From an uncultured Holophagales bacterium (GTDB taxonomy: Bacteria; Acidobacteriota; Thermoanaerobaculia; Multivoradales; UBA5704), in the NCBI GenBank assembly GCA_963842525.1, contig CAWJGT010000003.1, positions 1,664,001 through 1,728,000 on the forward strand: a DNA stretch of 64,000 bases, written 5' to 3'. The position numbers and the translations under genes are program-made. A model generated the notes under the pieces. The model did no database searches. It had not been told where the DNA came from and saw only the letters and a program-made list of their open reading frames with translations. This document shows positions 25,597-34,833 of the stretch, one piece after another; positions within the stretch are counted from its first letter, which is position 1, and every line of letters starts with the position of its first letter.

Positions 25597-26499
25597 CTAC
25601 TTCAGGTGTTCCTTCAGGAACGCCACCGTCCGCGGCCAGGCCTGTTGGGTCGCCTTGAGGTTGGCGCCTTCACGTCCGTCCTGTCCGCGCAGGAACCCGT
25701 GTCCGGCGCCCTCGTAGGTGTTCGGCTCGTAGCTCTTCCCGAGCCTCTTCATCTCGGCGTCGGCCGGTCCGACGGTCGCGTTGACGCGCGCGTCGTCGCT
25801 GCCATAGAGGCCGAGGACCGGGGCCTTTATCCTGGCGAGGTCCGCGGCTTCCGGCGAGGTGCCGTAGTACACGACCGCGGCGTTCAGGGCCGGCTGCGTG
25901 GCCGCGTACCCGAAGCTCCGCGCGCCGCCCCAGCAGAAGCCCATCGTGGCGGTCTTGCCGTTCGCCGCGGGGATCTTCAGAGCGTAGTCGCGGACGGCGT
26001 TCAGCCGTGCCGTCGCGTCTTCGGGAGTGAGCCCGCGGACGAGCTTGACCACGTCGTCGCGAGTCGCCGCGGACGCGGTGCCTCCGCCGTTGGGGCCGAG
26101 TCCGGAGATCAGATCGGGAGCCACGGCGATGAACCCTTCCCGCGCGAGCTGATCGGCGACGCCGCGGATCCAGTCGCTGAGGCCGTAGATCTCGTGGAGC
26201 ACGATCACGACGCCGGCCTTGTCCTTGCGCTCGGGGTAGACGACCCAGGCGCGGATCGGGGTGCCGCCGGAGGGGAGCTTGACGTCCACGTACTCCCCGT
26301 GCCGGGGGGATTTTTCGAGGGCTGCCTTCGCCTGGTCCTCCCCGGGAGGCAGGCTCTCGTCGCGTACCGCGGGCGCCGCGGCGGCCTGCGGAGGCGCCTG
26401 CGGAGGGTTACCCGCCGGAGGGGCCTCGGGCTTCGCCTGGGCGGCGAGGGTCTGTGATGAAAGGGCCAGGAGCGCCAGAGTCAGGAGAACGGTCCGCAT
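25597..26499 (-). CDS. Dienelactone hydrolase family protein, secreted
   Basis: Motifs HEIYGL, GFCWGG, YGSDDARV and GAGHGF; signal peptide. Confidence 0.92.
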   Translation of the reverse strand: MRTVLLTLALLALSSQTLAAQAKPEAPPAGNPPQAPPQAAAAPAVRDESLPPGEDQAKAALEKSPRHGEYVDVKLPSGGTPIRAWVVYPERKDKAGVVIVLHEIYGLSDWIRGVADQLAREGFIAVAPDLISGLGPNGGGTASAATRDDVVKLVRGLTPEDATARLNAVRDYALKIPAANGKTATMGFCWGGARSFGYAATQPALNAAVVYYGTSPEAADLARIKAPVLGLYGSDDARVNATVGPADAEMKRLGKSYEPNTYEGAGHGFLRGQDGREGANLKATQQAWPRTVAFLKEHLK

Positions 26500-26502
26500 C
26501 TT

Positions 26503-27936
26503 TCACCTCCTTGAAAGGTCAGGCTTGCTGTACAGGTCGATCACCCGCTCGATGGCGCGCTGGCAGACCCGGCAGAACGGTACCTCGTTGCGGGTGAACA
26601 TGATGCAGTCGGCCTGCGGGCGGAAATAGCCGCGCGCCGCGTAGTTGGCCCCTTCGAACGCCCCCACCTTGCCGGCATGGCGTTCGGCGCCCAGGAGCCT
26701 GGTCTCCGCCTCCCGCTGCTCCAGGAAAAGGGCGTCCATCTCCTCCTCCGGCCGGTTCCGGGCACGGATCTCCCGCCGCCGCTTCTGGATTTCGGCCGCG
26801 TGCTTCTCGTACATCTCCTTCGACCAGGGCGTGGGGACCGGCGTGCCCGGCTCGACCAGGTCCTTCCACTTCAGGCCCTCGGGGTCGGCGTGCGCCGTCA
26901 CGTTCGGCTCCCAGGGCTCCACCAGCTCGGCCGCCGGCTCGTAGGCCACGTCGGAGGTGTAGTACTCGTCGGCCAGGGCCGCGAAGTGATGGCCGAATTC
27001 GTGGACGAAGATGTAGGGCGCCCACAGGCTGTCCGCCGCCACGGTCGAATAGAGTCCGAAGATGCCGCCGCCGCCATAGGTGCGGCTGTTGGTCAGGATC
27101 TCGACGAAGTCGTAGGGCGCAAAGGCGGCGACGTCGCGCAGCGCGCGGTTGTCGAAGGTCAGGACGTAGCGCTCGGAGCCGAAGGCGTCATAGGTGGCGC
27201 CGACCGGCGAGCGGCGATGGGCCCCGGTCGACGGGCGCGAAATGCCGGATTCCGCGGCCGGCGGGCAGAGCCCCCAGACGTTGAAGTCGCGCCGTCTCTC
27301 TTTGAACGGCGAGGTGGCGAAGAGGATCTCCGCCAGCCGCCGTGCGTCCTGTTCGAATTTCCCGCGCTCCGCCGCCGTGTAGCCGTCGCCGAGGATGAGG
27401 AAGTCGACCTTCTCGGCGGGCGCTCCGTTGCGCTCGATCTCGACGAGCGGCCCCGGCGCGGGCGGCGTGGACGTGTCGACGAACATGCCGGCCGGATCGA
27501 CCAGCAGCGACCAGACCTCGCGGAAGGCGTTGCGTGCATCGCGCTTCTTGAGGACCACCTGGACGGGCGCCGCCGGGGCCGGGAAGCGGAGCGATTCGTG
27601 GAAGGTCTGCCAGACCTCCCTTGCTTCGCCCGTCGTCTCCCATTCGCCGTAGACCGAGGCGAAGCCGCGCGAGTAGAGCAGGCGGTTGGTCTTGCGGTCG
27701 AGGACCTCGAACAGGTATTTGCCGAGGTTCGTGTCGTCGACCGGCCGGGCTGGATTGCCCGGCCAGGCGCCGGGCTCGAGGATCACCCGGTCCAGGCTGA
27801 AGTGCTCCTGAGAGGCGTTCCCGGAATGAAAGTAGTCGACCCGCAGGGTGCGCGGCGCGGTCACTGGAACCGGCGGAACCGGCGCCGGGGGCGCGGCGGC
27901 GAGGAGCATGGACGCGGAGAGCAGGGCGGCGATCAT
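26503..27936 (-). CDS. Peptidase M64 (IgA peptidase) family
   Basis: Motifs TLRVDYFHSG, ILGDGYT, YGGGG, HEFGHHFAALADEY and CIM...FCRVC. Confidence 0.9.
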   Translation of the reverse strand: MIAALLSASMLLAAAPPAPVPPVPVTAPRTLRVDYFHSGNASQEHFSLDRVILEPGAWPGNPARPVDDTNLGKYLFEVLDRKTNRLLYSRGFASVYGEWETTGEAREVWQTFHESLRFPAPAAPVQVVLKKRDARNAFREVWSLLVDPAGMFVDTSTPPAPGPLVEIERNGAPAEKVDFLILGDGYTAAERGKFEQDARRLAEILFATSPFKERRRDFNVWGLCPPAAESGISRPSTGAHRRSPVGATYDAFGSERYVLTFDNRALRDVAAFAPYDFVEILTNSRTYGGGGIFGLYSTVAADSLWAPYIFVHEFGHHFAALADEYYTSDVAYEPAAELVEPWEPNVTAHADPEGLKWKDLVEPGTPVPTPWSKEMYEKHAAEIQKRRREIRARNRPEEEMDALFLEQREAETRLLGAERHAGKVGAFEGANYAARGYFRPQADCIMFTRNEVPFCRVCQRAIERVIDLYSKPDLSRR

Positions 27937-27958
27937 GCCGCGGATGCTAGCAGAACGC

Positions 27959-27988
27959 AAAAGGCCGCCGGGATTCGCCGGCGGCCTG
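27959..27988 (-). terminator. Intrinsic terminator after the matrixin gene
   Basis: Minus strand AGGCCGCCGG-cgaatc-CCGGCGGCCT followed by TTT. Confidence 0.7.
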
Positions 27989-28013
27989 TGCAATCAGGGT
28001 CTTGGCGGGGTGC

Positions 28014-28667
28014 TCAGTAGCGGCTCTCGGCGCACTGCAGGGCCGACCGGTCGTCGGCCTCGAGCGTCCGGCCCGTGGTGCCGAAGTACGAGGCGTACAT
28101 CGTCGGCCGCGGCGTGGAGGTCAGTTGGGTGTGATGGATGCCCAGCGCGTGCCCGACCTCGTGCGCGGCGACCGCCTGCGTGTCGATGTCGGCTCCGCTG
28201 GTGCTCCAGCTCCAGCTCGAGTTGAAGGAGACGTCCGTCTCGACGATCACCTGGCCCGCCTGGAGGACCAGGGCGGTGATGGCGAGGCAGTTGCCCGTGC
28301 AGCCGTTGCCGTTCGCCCACAGGAACGTGTTCCGCCCGTCGGTGACGAACCCGGCGGTCGTGGTCCCGGCATAATTCAGCACATGGTCGGCGCTGGTCAC
28401 GGCCGTCCAGACGCTCATGGCGCCCTGGAGGGCCGTCTGCTTGCCCGAGCCCTGGCCCGCCGTGTTGTGGTACCAGTTGATGTTACGGATGTTCCAGTGG
28501 GTGAACCCGCCGGAGGCGGTGCACGAGACCGCGGCGCCGGCGCTGAAGCGGCCGACGCCCGTGTTCTGGATCATGCGGTAGGCCTGAGCCGGCGTCGCCA
28601 GGGCCACCATCCCAGCCGCTGCGAGGGCGCAGGCGGCGATGCGGGAGAAAGTCTTTGAGCGGTTCAT
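28014..28667 (-). CDS. Matrixin-family (metzincin) metalloprotease, secreted
   Basis: HEVGHALGIHH, Met-turn PTMY, DD motif and signal peptide. Confidence 0.9.
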   Translation of the reverse strand: MNRSKTFSRIAACALAAAGMVALATPAQAYRMIQNTGVGRFSAGAAVSCTASGGFTHWNIRNINWYHNTAGQGSGKQTALQGAMSVWTAVTSADHVLNYAGTTTAGFVTDGRNTFLWANGNGCTGNCLAITALVLQAGQVIVETDVSFNSSWSWSTSGADIDTQAVAAHEVGHALGIHHTQLTSTPRPTMYASYFGTTGRTLEADDRSALQCAESRY

Positions 28668-29266
28668 TATTGCACCTCCGGGCGACGGCCGTCACGGCCT
28701 GCGGATTCACGGACCGACTGCATCATGGCGCCGAGCGGATATCCTTCCGGACCGCCCGCTGCATCGAAATACCCGCTCTTGTCCGGGACCAGCGGATGCC
28801 GGTTCGCCTGGCTGACCGCACGCAGGCCGCGGCCGGCCATCACGACGTCGAACGCGCCTTGCGCGTGGTCGCGCACGGTGCGGACACCCTTGGCGCCCGG
28901 AAGGTCTTCGTCATTGAGGAACAGGACGTACGAATTCCCCGGGACCAGCTCGGCGGTGCCGATGATCAGCGTGGTCGTCTCGCCGACCGTCCCGCCCATC
29001 ATCGTGATCGTGAGGTCCCTGTCCAACGGATTTCCCTTGAGGACCTCGGTCGCCTTGAAGCGGACGTCCGTGAGGATGAACGTCCTTTCCGCATTCCAGT
29101 ACGAATAGGTGTCAAGGACCTCGCCCAGGACGACTGCGCCGTTGCCGGCGACCAGCTCGTCGAGGCTCGCACGAACCAGCGACGTTGCGCTCGCCGGCGC
29201 AACGACGCTCGCGGCGAGAGCCAGAACCAGGGCGCCGCGTAGCAACCTCTTCATGACTACATCCAT
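28667..29266 (-). CDS. Secreted hypothetical protein, translationally coupled to the matrixin gene
   Basis: Signal peptide ending ASA-TSLVRASLDELV...VVLGEV; GGAGG RBS; its stop overlaps the matrixin start. Confidence 0.75.
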   Translation of the reverse strand: MDVVMKRLLRGALVLALAASVVAPASATSLVRASLDELVAGNGAVVLGEVLDTYSYWNAERTFILTDVRFKATEVLKGNPLDRDLTITMMGGTVGETTTLIIGTAELVPGNSYVLFLNDEDLPGAKGVRTVRDHAQGAFDVVMAGRGLRAVSQANRHPLVPDKSGYFDAAGGPEGYPLGAMMQSVRESAGRDGRRPEVQ

Positions 29267-29477
29267 AGGAACCTCCCTTGGGGAAGGCCTTTCCTTCCCC
29301 TGGAAACCCGAGAGCCGGCTCGGCCCTCGGCGAAAAGCGGCACGGCAGGTAAACCAAGCTGACGACTGCTGTTTGGTCCTTCAATAGGTCTGGTGCTCCA
29401 CGTGGTCAAAACGTGACGCCGTTTTCGCGGGCCGGCGTTTGCGCCCTGCCTCCGGGCCGAGCTATCCTCGGGGACAG

Positions 29478-30029
29478 ATGAAAACAAGAAACGTGTGCGC
29501 CTTGATTGCCTTCCTGGCCGGTGCCAGCCCCTGTCTCGCCCAGAGCGACGCCGCCCAACCCGAGGCGGCTCGGGCCGCCCGCAACGCGGTGTACTGGGAG
29601 CTGTTCGGAAATGGAGGCGTCTATTCCTTCAACTACGAGCGCATGCTCAAAGACGACCTTGGGCTTCGCATCGGGTATGCCACCTGGAGGAGCCCGCTGT
29701 TCTGGCAAGGCGGCTCGCCCCCGGATCGCTACACGACCGTGCCGGTGACGGTGAGCTATCTTCTGGGCCATGGAGAAAGGAAGCTGGAGCTGGGCGGCGG
29801 CGTCACCTTCGGCCGCGGGACGCTCGACGGGTCCTCGAGCTTGAGGAGAAGCTTTTCTTTTCAGACGGTGACAGCCATTTTCGGATACCGGTCCCACCCT
29901 CCGGGGCGCGGTTATCTCTTTCGGGCCGGCGTGACCCCCTTCTACTCTTTCGATGAAGGAGAAGAAGACGCCTACCCGGACCCCGGGTTCACGTTTTCGG
30001 TCGGAGTCAGCTTCGGCTACCGGTTCTGA
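29478..30029 (+). CDS. Small outer-membrane beta-barrel-like hypothetical protein
   Basis: Signal peptide, NAVYWELFGNGGVYSFNYER and terminal GVSFGYRF. Confidence 0.7.
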   Translation: MKTRNVCALIAFLAGASPCLAQSDAAQPEAARAARNAVYWELFGNGGVYSFNYERMLKDDLGLRIGYATWRSPLFWQGGSPPDRYTTVPVTVSYLLGHGERKLELGGGVTFGRGTLDGSSSLRRSFSFQTVTAIFGYRSHPPGRGYLFRAGVTPFYSFDEGEEDAYPDPGFTFSVGVSFGYRF

Positions 30030-30177
30030 AGCCTACCCGCAGGCCTCGCGGAATACCCGCGCGAAGTTGCCGCCGAGGACCTTGTCGACGGCTTCGCCTT
30101 TGTAGCCCCGGCGTGCCAGGGCGCCGGCCACTTGAAGCCGGGTTCACCCGCTCGCGACCGGAATTGGCGCTGCTTTC

Positions 30178-31989
30178 CTACCCCTGCTTCGCCTCCAGCT
30201 CCGCCCACCGCGCATACAGGCGCTCGACGTTCTGCCGTGCCTCCTCCAGCTCCGTACAGCGGGCCTGGAGCGCGGCCGAGTCGGTGGCCACGGCGGGGTC
30301 TTCCACCGCTTCCTGCGCCGCGGCGAGGGCCTCCTCGGCCTCCATGATCTTCGCCTCCATCTGTTCCCATTCGAGCTTCTCTTTATAAGAAAGCTTTTTG
30401 GCAGGCTTCGCTTCCTTGCGAGACGGCGGCGGCTTGAGCGCGGCGGGCTTGGGCGCCTGGGCGGCTGCGCGATGGGCTTCCCACTGCGCGTAGTCGGCGA
30501 AATACTCGGCGTTTCCCTTGCCGTCCAGCGCCAGGACGTAGGTCGAGACGCTCTCCAGCAGATACCGGTCGTGGGTGACCAGGACGAGAGCTCCGGGGAA
30601 CTCCAGGAGGCTCTCTTCCAGGACCTCCAGGGTCGGGATGTCGAGGTCGTTCGTCGGCTCGTCCAGGATCAGGAGGTCCGTCGCCCGCAGCATGAGGCGG
30701 GCGATCAGGATGCGGGCCTGCTCGCCGCCGGAGAGGCGCGACACCGGCGTGTCGAGCTGCTCGGCGAGGAAAAGAAAACGTTTCGCCCAGGAGGCGACGT
30801 GGATGGGGCGGTCCTGGTAGAGGACCGTGTCCCCCTCCGGCGCCAGGGCCCGGCGCAGCGAGACCGAGCGGTCCAGGGTCTCCCGGCTCTGCTCGAAGCG
30901 GACGGTCTTCAGCCACTCCGCCCGCTCGATGGCGCCGGCGTCGGGTTGCAGGGTGCCGTCGAGCAGCGAGAGAAGAGTCGTCTTGCCGCTGCCGTTCGGT
31001 CCGATCAGGCCGAGCTTCGTGCCCGGCGTGAGCTTGAGGTCGAGGCCGGAGACGATCCGCCTGCCGTCGAACGACTTGGCGAGGCCGTGGGCCACGAGGA
31101 GCTTCTTGGTCTTGCGGTCCGAGGCGTTGAAGTCGATGCCTGCGCGGGCGCTGGTGGCCGGGCCCGTGCGCTCCTTCATCTCCTGGAGCTCGGCGATCAG
31201 CCGCTCAGCCTCATGGATACGGCCTTTCGCCTTGGTGGTCCGCGCCTTCGCGCCGCGCTTCAGCCACTCCACCTCGCGGCGGACCCGGTTGGCCAGCGAC
31301 GCCTGGTATTCCGCCTGGTTGCGCAGCACCTCGTCGCGCTTCTCCAGGAAATCGCTGTAGCTGCCCGGCGCCTGGAAGAGCCCCTCCGGATAGCGGCGGT
31401 CGAGCTCCAGCATGCGCGTGGCGACGTTCTCCAGGAACCAGCGGTCGTGGCTGACCACCAGGAAAGCCAGGGGCTCGCTGCGCAGCAGCTCCTCCAGCCA
31501 GAGGATGCCCTCCACGTCCAGGTGGTTCGTGGGCTCGTCCATCAGGAGGACGTCGGGCTGCTTGATCAGCTCGCGGGCGATGGCCAGGCGCTTCGTCCAG
31601 CCGCCTGAGAGGATGTCCACCGGCTGGTCCGGCCCCTCGAAGCCGGCCTTGCCGAGGGTGACGGCGATCCGGGCGGCCTTCTCGAAATCCTCGGCGGGAT
31701 CGTCCGCCAGCGCCGCGGTCAGGACCTCCTCGACCGTCTGCCCGGGCGGGAAGGCCGGGTCCTGCGGCACATAGCCGAGGCGGGTCCCGCGGCGCAGGGC
31801 GCGGATGCCATTGTCAGGCTCTTCGATTCCTGCCAGAATGCGCAGCAGGGTCGACTTCCCCGAGCCGTTCGGTCCGATGAGCCCCACGCGGTCTCCCTCG
31901 GACAGGCCCAGGGACAGGTTGTCGAAGAGCGGCCGGGCGCCATACCCCTTGCCGATGGCTTCGCAGCTCAGAAGGACGGCAGGTGGCAT
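30178..31989 (-). CDS. uup: ABC-F family ATPase, Uup-like
   Basis: Two ABC domains (GPNGSGKS/T, LSGG, DEPTN), linker WLKRGAKARTTK and C-terminal KLSYKEK...LYARWAELE. Confidence 0.88.
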   Translation of the reverse strand: MPPAVLLSCEAIGKGYGARPLFDNLSLGLSEGDRVGLIGPNGSGKSTLLRILAGIEEPDNGIRALRRGTRLGYVPQDPAFPPGQTVEEVLTAALADDPAEDFEKAARIAVTLGKAGFEGPDQPVDILSGGWTKRLAIARELIKQPDVLLMDEPTNHLDVEGILWLEELLRSEPLAFLVVSHDRWFLENVATRMLELDRRYPEGLFQAPGSYSDFLEKRDEVLRNQAEYQASLANRVRREVEWLKRGAKARTTKAKGRIHEAERLIAELQEMKERTGPATSARAGIDFNASDRKTKKLLVAHGLAKSFDGRRIVSGLDLKLTPGTKLGLIGPNGSGKTTLLSLLDGTLQPDAGAIERAEWLKTVRFEQSRETLDRSVSLRRALAPEGDTVLYQDRPIHVASWAKRFLFLAEQLDTPVSRLSGGEQARILIARLMLRATDLLILDEPTNDLDIPTLEVLEESLLEFPGALVLVTHDRYLLESVSTYVLALDGKGNAEYFADYAQWEAHRAAAQAPKPAALKPPPSRKEAKPAKKLSYKEKLEWEQMEAKIMEAEEALAAAQEAVEDPAVATDSAALQARCTELEEARQNVERLYARWAELEAKQG

Positions 31990-32086
31990 GGCTCAGGGTC
32001 GGAGTTGGAGCGGGACCAGCGGGCGTCGAGCACGCGCGATTATAGACACACCACCGCCGGCGGCGATTTGAGGCTCCTCGGCCGCC

Positions 32087-32465
32087 CGACGGACAGTTGG
32101 CCCTGGTCTGGCCGCAACCAGCGCCGGAAAAGGGGCGGTTCGCTCCGCAGGTCGGACGGTTAATGCTGCGGGTCGGACAGTGCGCTCTGAAGGTCGGACG
32201 GTTGTGGCCGCGGGACGGACAGTTTGCTCCGAAGGTCGGACAGTTGCTGGAACGGCTCGGACAGTCCATTCCGAAGGACGGACAGTTGACGTAGCAGGTC
32301 GGACAGCTCGCTCCGCGAGGCGAACCGTCCGACCCGCGGAGCCGACTGTCCCTTGTCCGGCACAGACTGTCCGTGTCGATCCTCCCGGAGCCACCATGCC
32401 GGTACGAACTGTCCGAGCCGGTCCCGTCGCTCAGGCGAGATCGGCGCCTACCGTCCGTACCGGTC
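32087..32465. repeat. 21-bp-period array, core GGTCGGAC(A/G)GT, followed by inverted copies of the core
   Basis: Cores at ~32150, 32171, 32192, 32213, 32234, 32255, 32276 and 32297. AC(T/C)GTCC(GA) units occur from ~32324 to ~32460. Confidence 0.8.
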
Positions 32466-32559
32466 TGGTGGACTGCGCGGGATCAGCCCCCACCATCCAT
32501 TTGGAGCTGCTGGAAGCCGCGAGACCGGAGCGATCGCCACCCGTCTCTATCTAATAAGG

Positions 32560-33102
32560 TCAGCTTTCCGGTCCGGCAACCTGCCGGTCGAGGATCGCTC
32601 CGGCCCGTTCCAGAGCGATCGCTCCCGCGGCCTCCAGCAGCCGGGCCAGCGACTCGGGCGACCTCACCAGCATCTCGGCCACATGCAGCGCTTCAATGAG
32701 CCGGTCGTCAAAGAGGGCCAGATGACCGACGAGCTCGCCGCTGCCAACCACGGCGTAGCCGGCCAGCTCCGGATCGACCTGCAGCCGGAATGCAGCATCC
32801 CGGCCCGTGCCTGGAAGGATGGCCGCAGCCAGTAGAGCCACCGACCGACGCCGGAACACCGCGAAAGGCCGGAACCGCCGGGCCGGTTCCTCGCCGAGGC
32901 GGAACAGCCCCCAGCCGGAGCCGGGGATCTCCTCGAGCTGCCAAGGCCCGGCCATATCGGCCTCGCCCGCCGTAAGAGGCTCATCGCGCTCGCCCACCCG
33001 CTTCAGAAACTCCGGGGTGAACGCATTCGCGGGATTGACGGGATACTGGGAGGACGAAACGTCGGGGACAGACGGGGTGCTATTCTCTTCAGAGCCCTTC
33101 AT
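32560..33102 (-). CDS. Hypothetical protein, paralog 3 of the three-copy family
   Basis: NAFTPEFL...RDEPLTAGEADMAGPW, AAILPGTGR, GHLALFD and LVRSPESLARLLEAAG; AAGGAGG RBS. Confidence 0.82.
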   Translation of the reverse strand: MKGSEENSTPSVPDVSSSQYPVNPANAFTPEFLKRVGERDEPLTAGEADMAGPWQLEEIPGSGWGLFRLGEEPARRFRPFAVFRRRSVALLAAAILPGTGRDAAFRLQVDPELAGYAVVGSGELVGHLALFDDRLIEALHVAEMLVRSPESLARLLEAAGAIALERAGAILDRQVAGPES

Positions 33103-33168
33103 GGAGTCTACCTCCTTGTGGGGTCAGGTCCGGGAGTTGAGCCTCCACTCACTTCCGGGCCGCTTGTG
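33093..33168 (+). ncRNA. Candidate ~75-nt cis-antisense RNA covering the RBS and start codon of 32560..33102
   Basis: Extended -10 TGCTATTCT at 33078-33086. The hairpin at 33127-33161 has two G-U pairs on the + strand and is followed by GCTTGT. Confidence 0.5.
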
Positions 33169-33281
33169 GATTGGCCGCGAGACAACGCGGCCGGCGAGAG
33201 AACGCTGCGGTGCGGCTTCGCGGTTCTTTGGATCTTGCCTGGCCACCTCCCTTCGTGGTTTACTGCCTTGATACCGCCTGC

Positions 33282-33311
33282 ATTGTAGAGAGGGGCGGCT
33301 GGGGGTGTCAA
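33282..33311 (-). promoter_or_regulatory. Sigma70 promoter of paralog 3
   Basis: Minus strand TTGACA-N18-TACAAT. Confidence 0.7.
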
Positions 33312-33430
33312 GAGGGAAGTTGTGGGGATTGGGAAATGAGCGGCTGATTTGTTGTGTGTTGACGGATTGTTGATGGTGGTAGGTTTGCGACCACGGGTGT
33401 ATGCTTCCGATGTCTCGTGTGAACGAACCA

Positions 33431-33814
33431 ATGTCAGCCTGTGTTAAGTGTGGCTCGAATGATTTCGGCGTTTGGACCTCAGCTACAACCGGCCGGGTTC
33501 ATCGCTACTGCCGACCGTGTCGTCGCTTCCGAGCTGCCGCGTACTCTGCTCGCAAGGCCGCGAGCGGCGAGTCTCATACTCGCGCAGAGTGGCTTGCCAA
33601 GCTTGCCCTGTTCGACCGCTGCCCGATTTGCAATCGCCTTTGGGGTGATATCCCACGGCGGCCAGACCGGCGGTATCATCACGTCTGGACCAAGGATCAC
33701 ATTGCTCCACTCACTCGCGGAGGCAGTGACCACGTCGACAACATTCAGCCCGCCTGCTACCAGTGTAATTCAGGCAAATGCAATGGCAGAACACCCAAGA
33801 ACCGCAACGCCTAA
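33431..33814 (+). CDS. HNH endonuclease with N-terminal zinc ribbon
   Basis: CVKC, CRPC, CPIC and KDHIAPLTRGGSDHVDNIQPACYQCNSGK. The start could be 33401, 33410 or 33431. Confidence 0.85.
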   Translation: MSACVKCGSNDFGVWTSATTGRVHRYCRPCRRFRAAAYSARKAASGESHTRAEWLAKLALFDRCPICNRLWGDIPRRPDRRYHHVWTKDHIAPLTRGGSDHVDNIQPACYQCNSGKCNGRTPKNRNA

Positions 33815-33872
33815 CGAAGGCGCGTTCAACCTGATGAGCATAGGGAACTCCCATTTCTGACAGGTTAACGAG

Positions 33873-34337
33873 ATGAAAATTCTTCGTGTCTACATCGATA
33901 CTTCGGTTGTGGGTGGGTGCTTTGACCCCGAGTTCTCGCCTTGGTCCAATGGGCTCATTCAAGATTTCCAAGAGGGGCGATTCATTCCGGTTGTCTCTGA
34001 GGTCGTTGCGGTAGAGCTTGAATTTGCGCCCGATGCTGTAAAGGCCAAGTGGGATGAGATTCTGTATATGGAGCCAGAGCTTCTCGAGGTGACTGAAGAG
34101 GAGAAGGGGCTTGCCGGCAAGTATGCGGAGCGCGGTGCTCTACCACCGAAGTTCCGTAACGATATGCTTCACATCGCGCTAGCTACGGTGGCAGATATTG
34201 ACGTCCTGGTGAGTTGGAATTTCAAGCACATCGTGCGGTTGGAAAAGATTCGCATTTTCAATGCTGTAAATCTGGAGCTGGGTTATAAGCAGCTACAGAT
34301 CCACTCGCCGAGAGAGGTGACGAGCTATGGAAAATAA
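33873..34337 (+). CDS. PIN-domain (VapC-like) toxin
   Basis: VYIDTSVVGG, DMLHIALA, LVSWNFKHIV and terminal IHSPREV. Confidence 0.9.
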   Translation: MKILRVYIDTSVVGGCFDPEFSPWSNGLIQDFQEGRFIPVVSEVVAVELEFAPDAVKAKWDEILYMEPELLEVTEEEKGLAGKYAERGALPPKFRNDMLHIALATVADIDVLVSWNFKHIVRLEKIRIFNAVNLELGYKQLQIHSPREVTSYGK

Positions 34338-34506
34338 GGAAATTGATGCAGTCGGTATGGTGCGCCGCATCCGTGATGATCTTTACGAAGAAACAAAGGA
34401 TCTGTCAACCGAAGAGTTGATTGCATTCTATCGCCGCCGTGCTGCTCCGACGAAGGAGAGATTGTCTCGGCTGCACGCGGAAAGAAAAGCGACCAGGCAT
34501 GCATGA
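34327..34506 (+). CDS. 59-aa putative antitoxin downstream of the PIN gene (not in the ORF track)
   Basis: MENKEIDAVGMVRRIRDDLYEETKDLSTEELIAFYRRR; GAGGTG RBS; overlaps the PIN stop. Confidence 0.7.
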   Translation: MENKEIDAVGMVRRIRDDLYEETKDLSTEELIAFYRRRAAPTKERLSRLHAERKATRHA

Positions 34507-34650
34507 CGTGTGTCAGACCTACCGACGCGGGACAGGGCCAATAGATGAAAACTGTGAACGCGCATTAACGCCGGGTAACCTACTGGGAGAACAGTGCGGA
34601 TCTCGCGCCTGAGTTTCCTTGCAGATAGCAGAAATGGGGCGTCGGTGGCG

Positions 34651-34833
34651 ATGAGAGAGGTTGAGAGTGATCCGGTGATCGACGAGATTCGAGAGATTCG
34701 GTACCAAATCTCGGCACGATTCAACCATGATCCTGCCAAGTTGGTGGAATACTATATGGAACTGCAGAGGCAGTATGAAGACAGGCTTAAAGCACTGAGG
34801 GGTGCGGATGAAGAGAACGATCTATCTGGATAG
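34651..34833 (+). CDS. Small putative antitoxin-like protein
   Basis: DPVIDEIREIRYQISARFNHD, a pattern typical of small PIN-associated proteins; overlaps the next PIN start. Confidence 0.6.
   Translation: MREVESDPVIDEIREIRYQISARFNHDPAKLVEYYMELQRQYEDRLKALRGADEENDLSG

Noticed and set aside
32087-32465. CRISPR interpretation of the 21-bp arrays (also 12955-13185 and 59440-59740)
   Set aside because: Cores of ~11-17 nt are degenerate and linkers are 10 nt or less, far from CRISPR repeat/spacer sizes; there are no cas genes.
33809-33870. Integron attC site after the HNH gene (GCCTAAC...GTTAAC)
   Set aside because: The right end does not fit GTTRRRY, internal pairing is weak, similar sites do not recur between the other small genes, and there is no intI. 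IntegronFinder would settle it.
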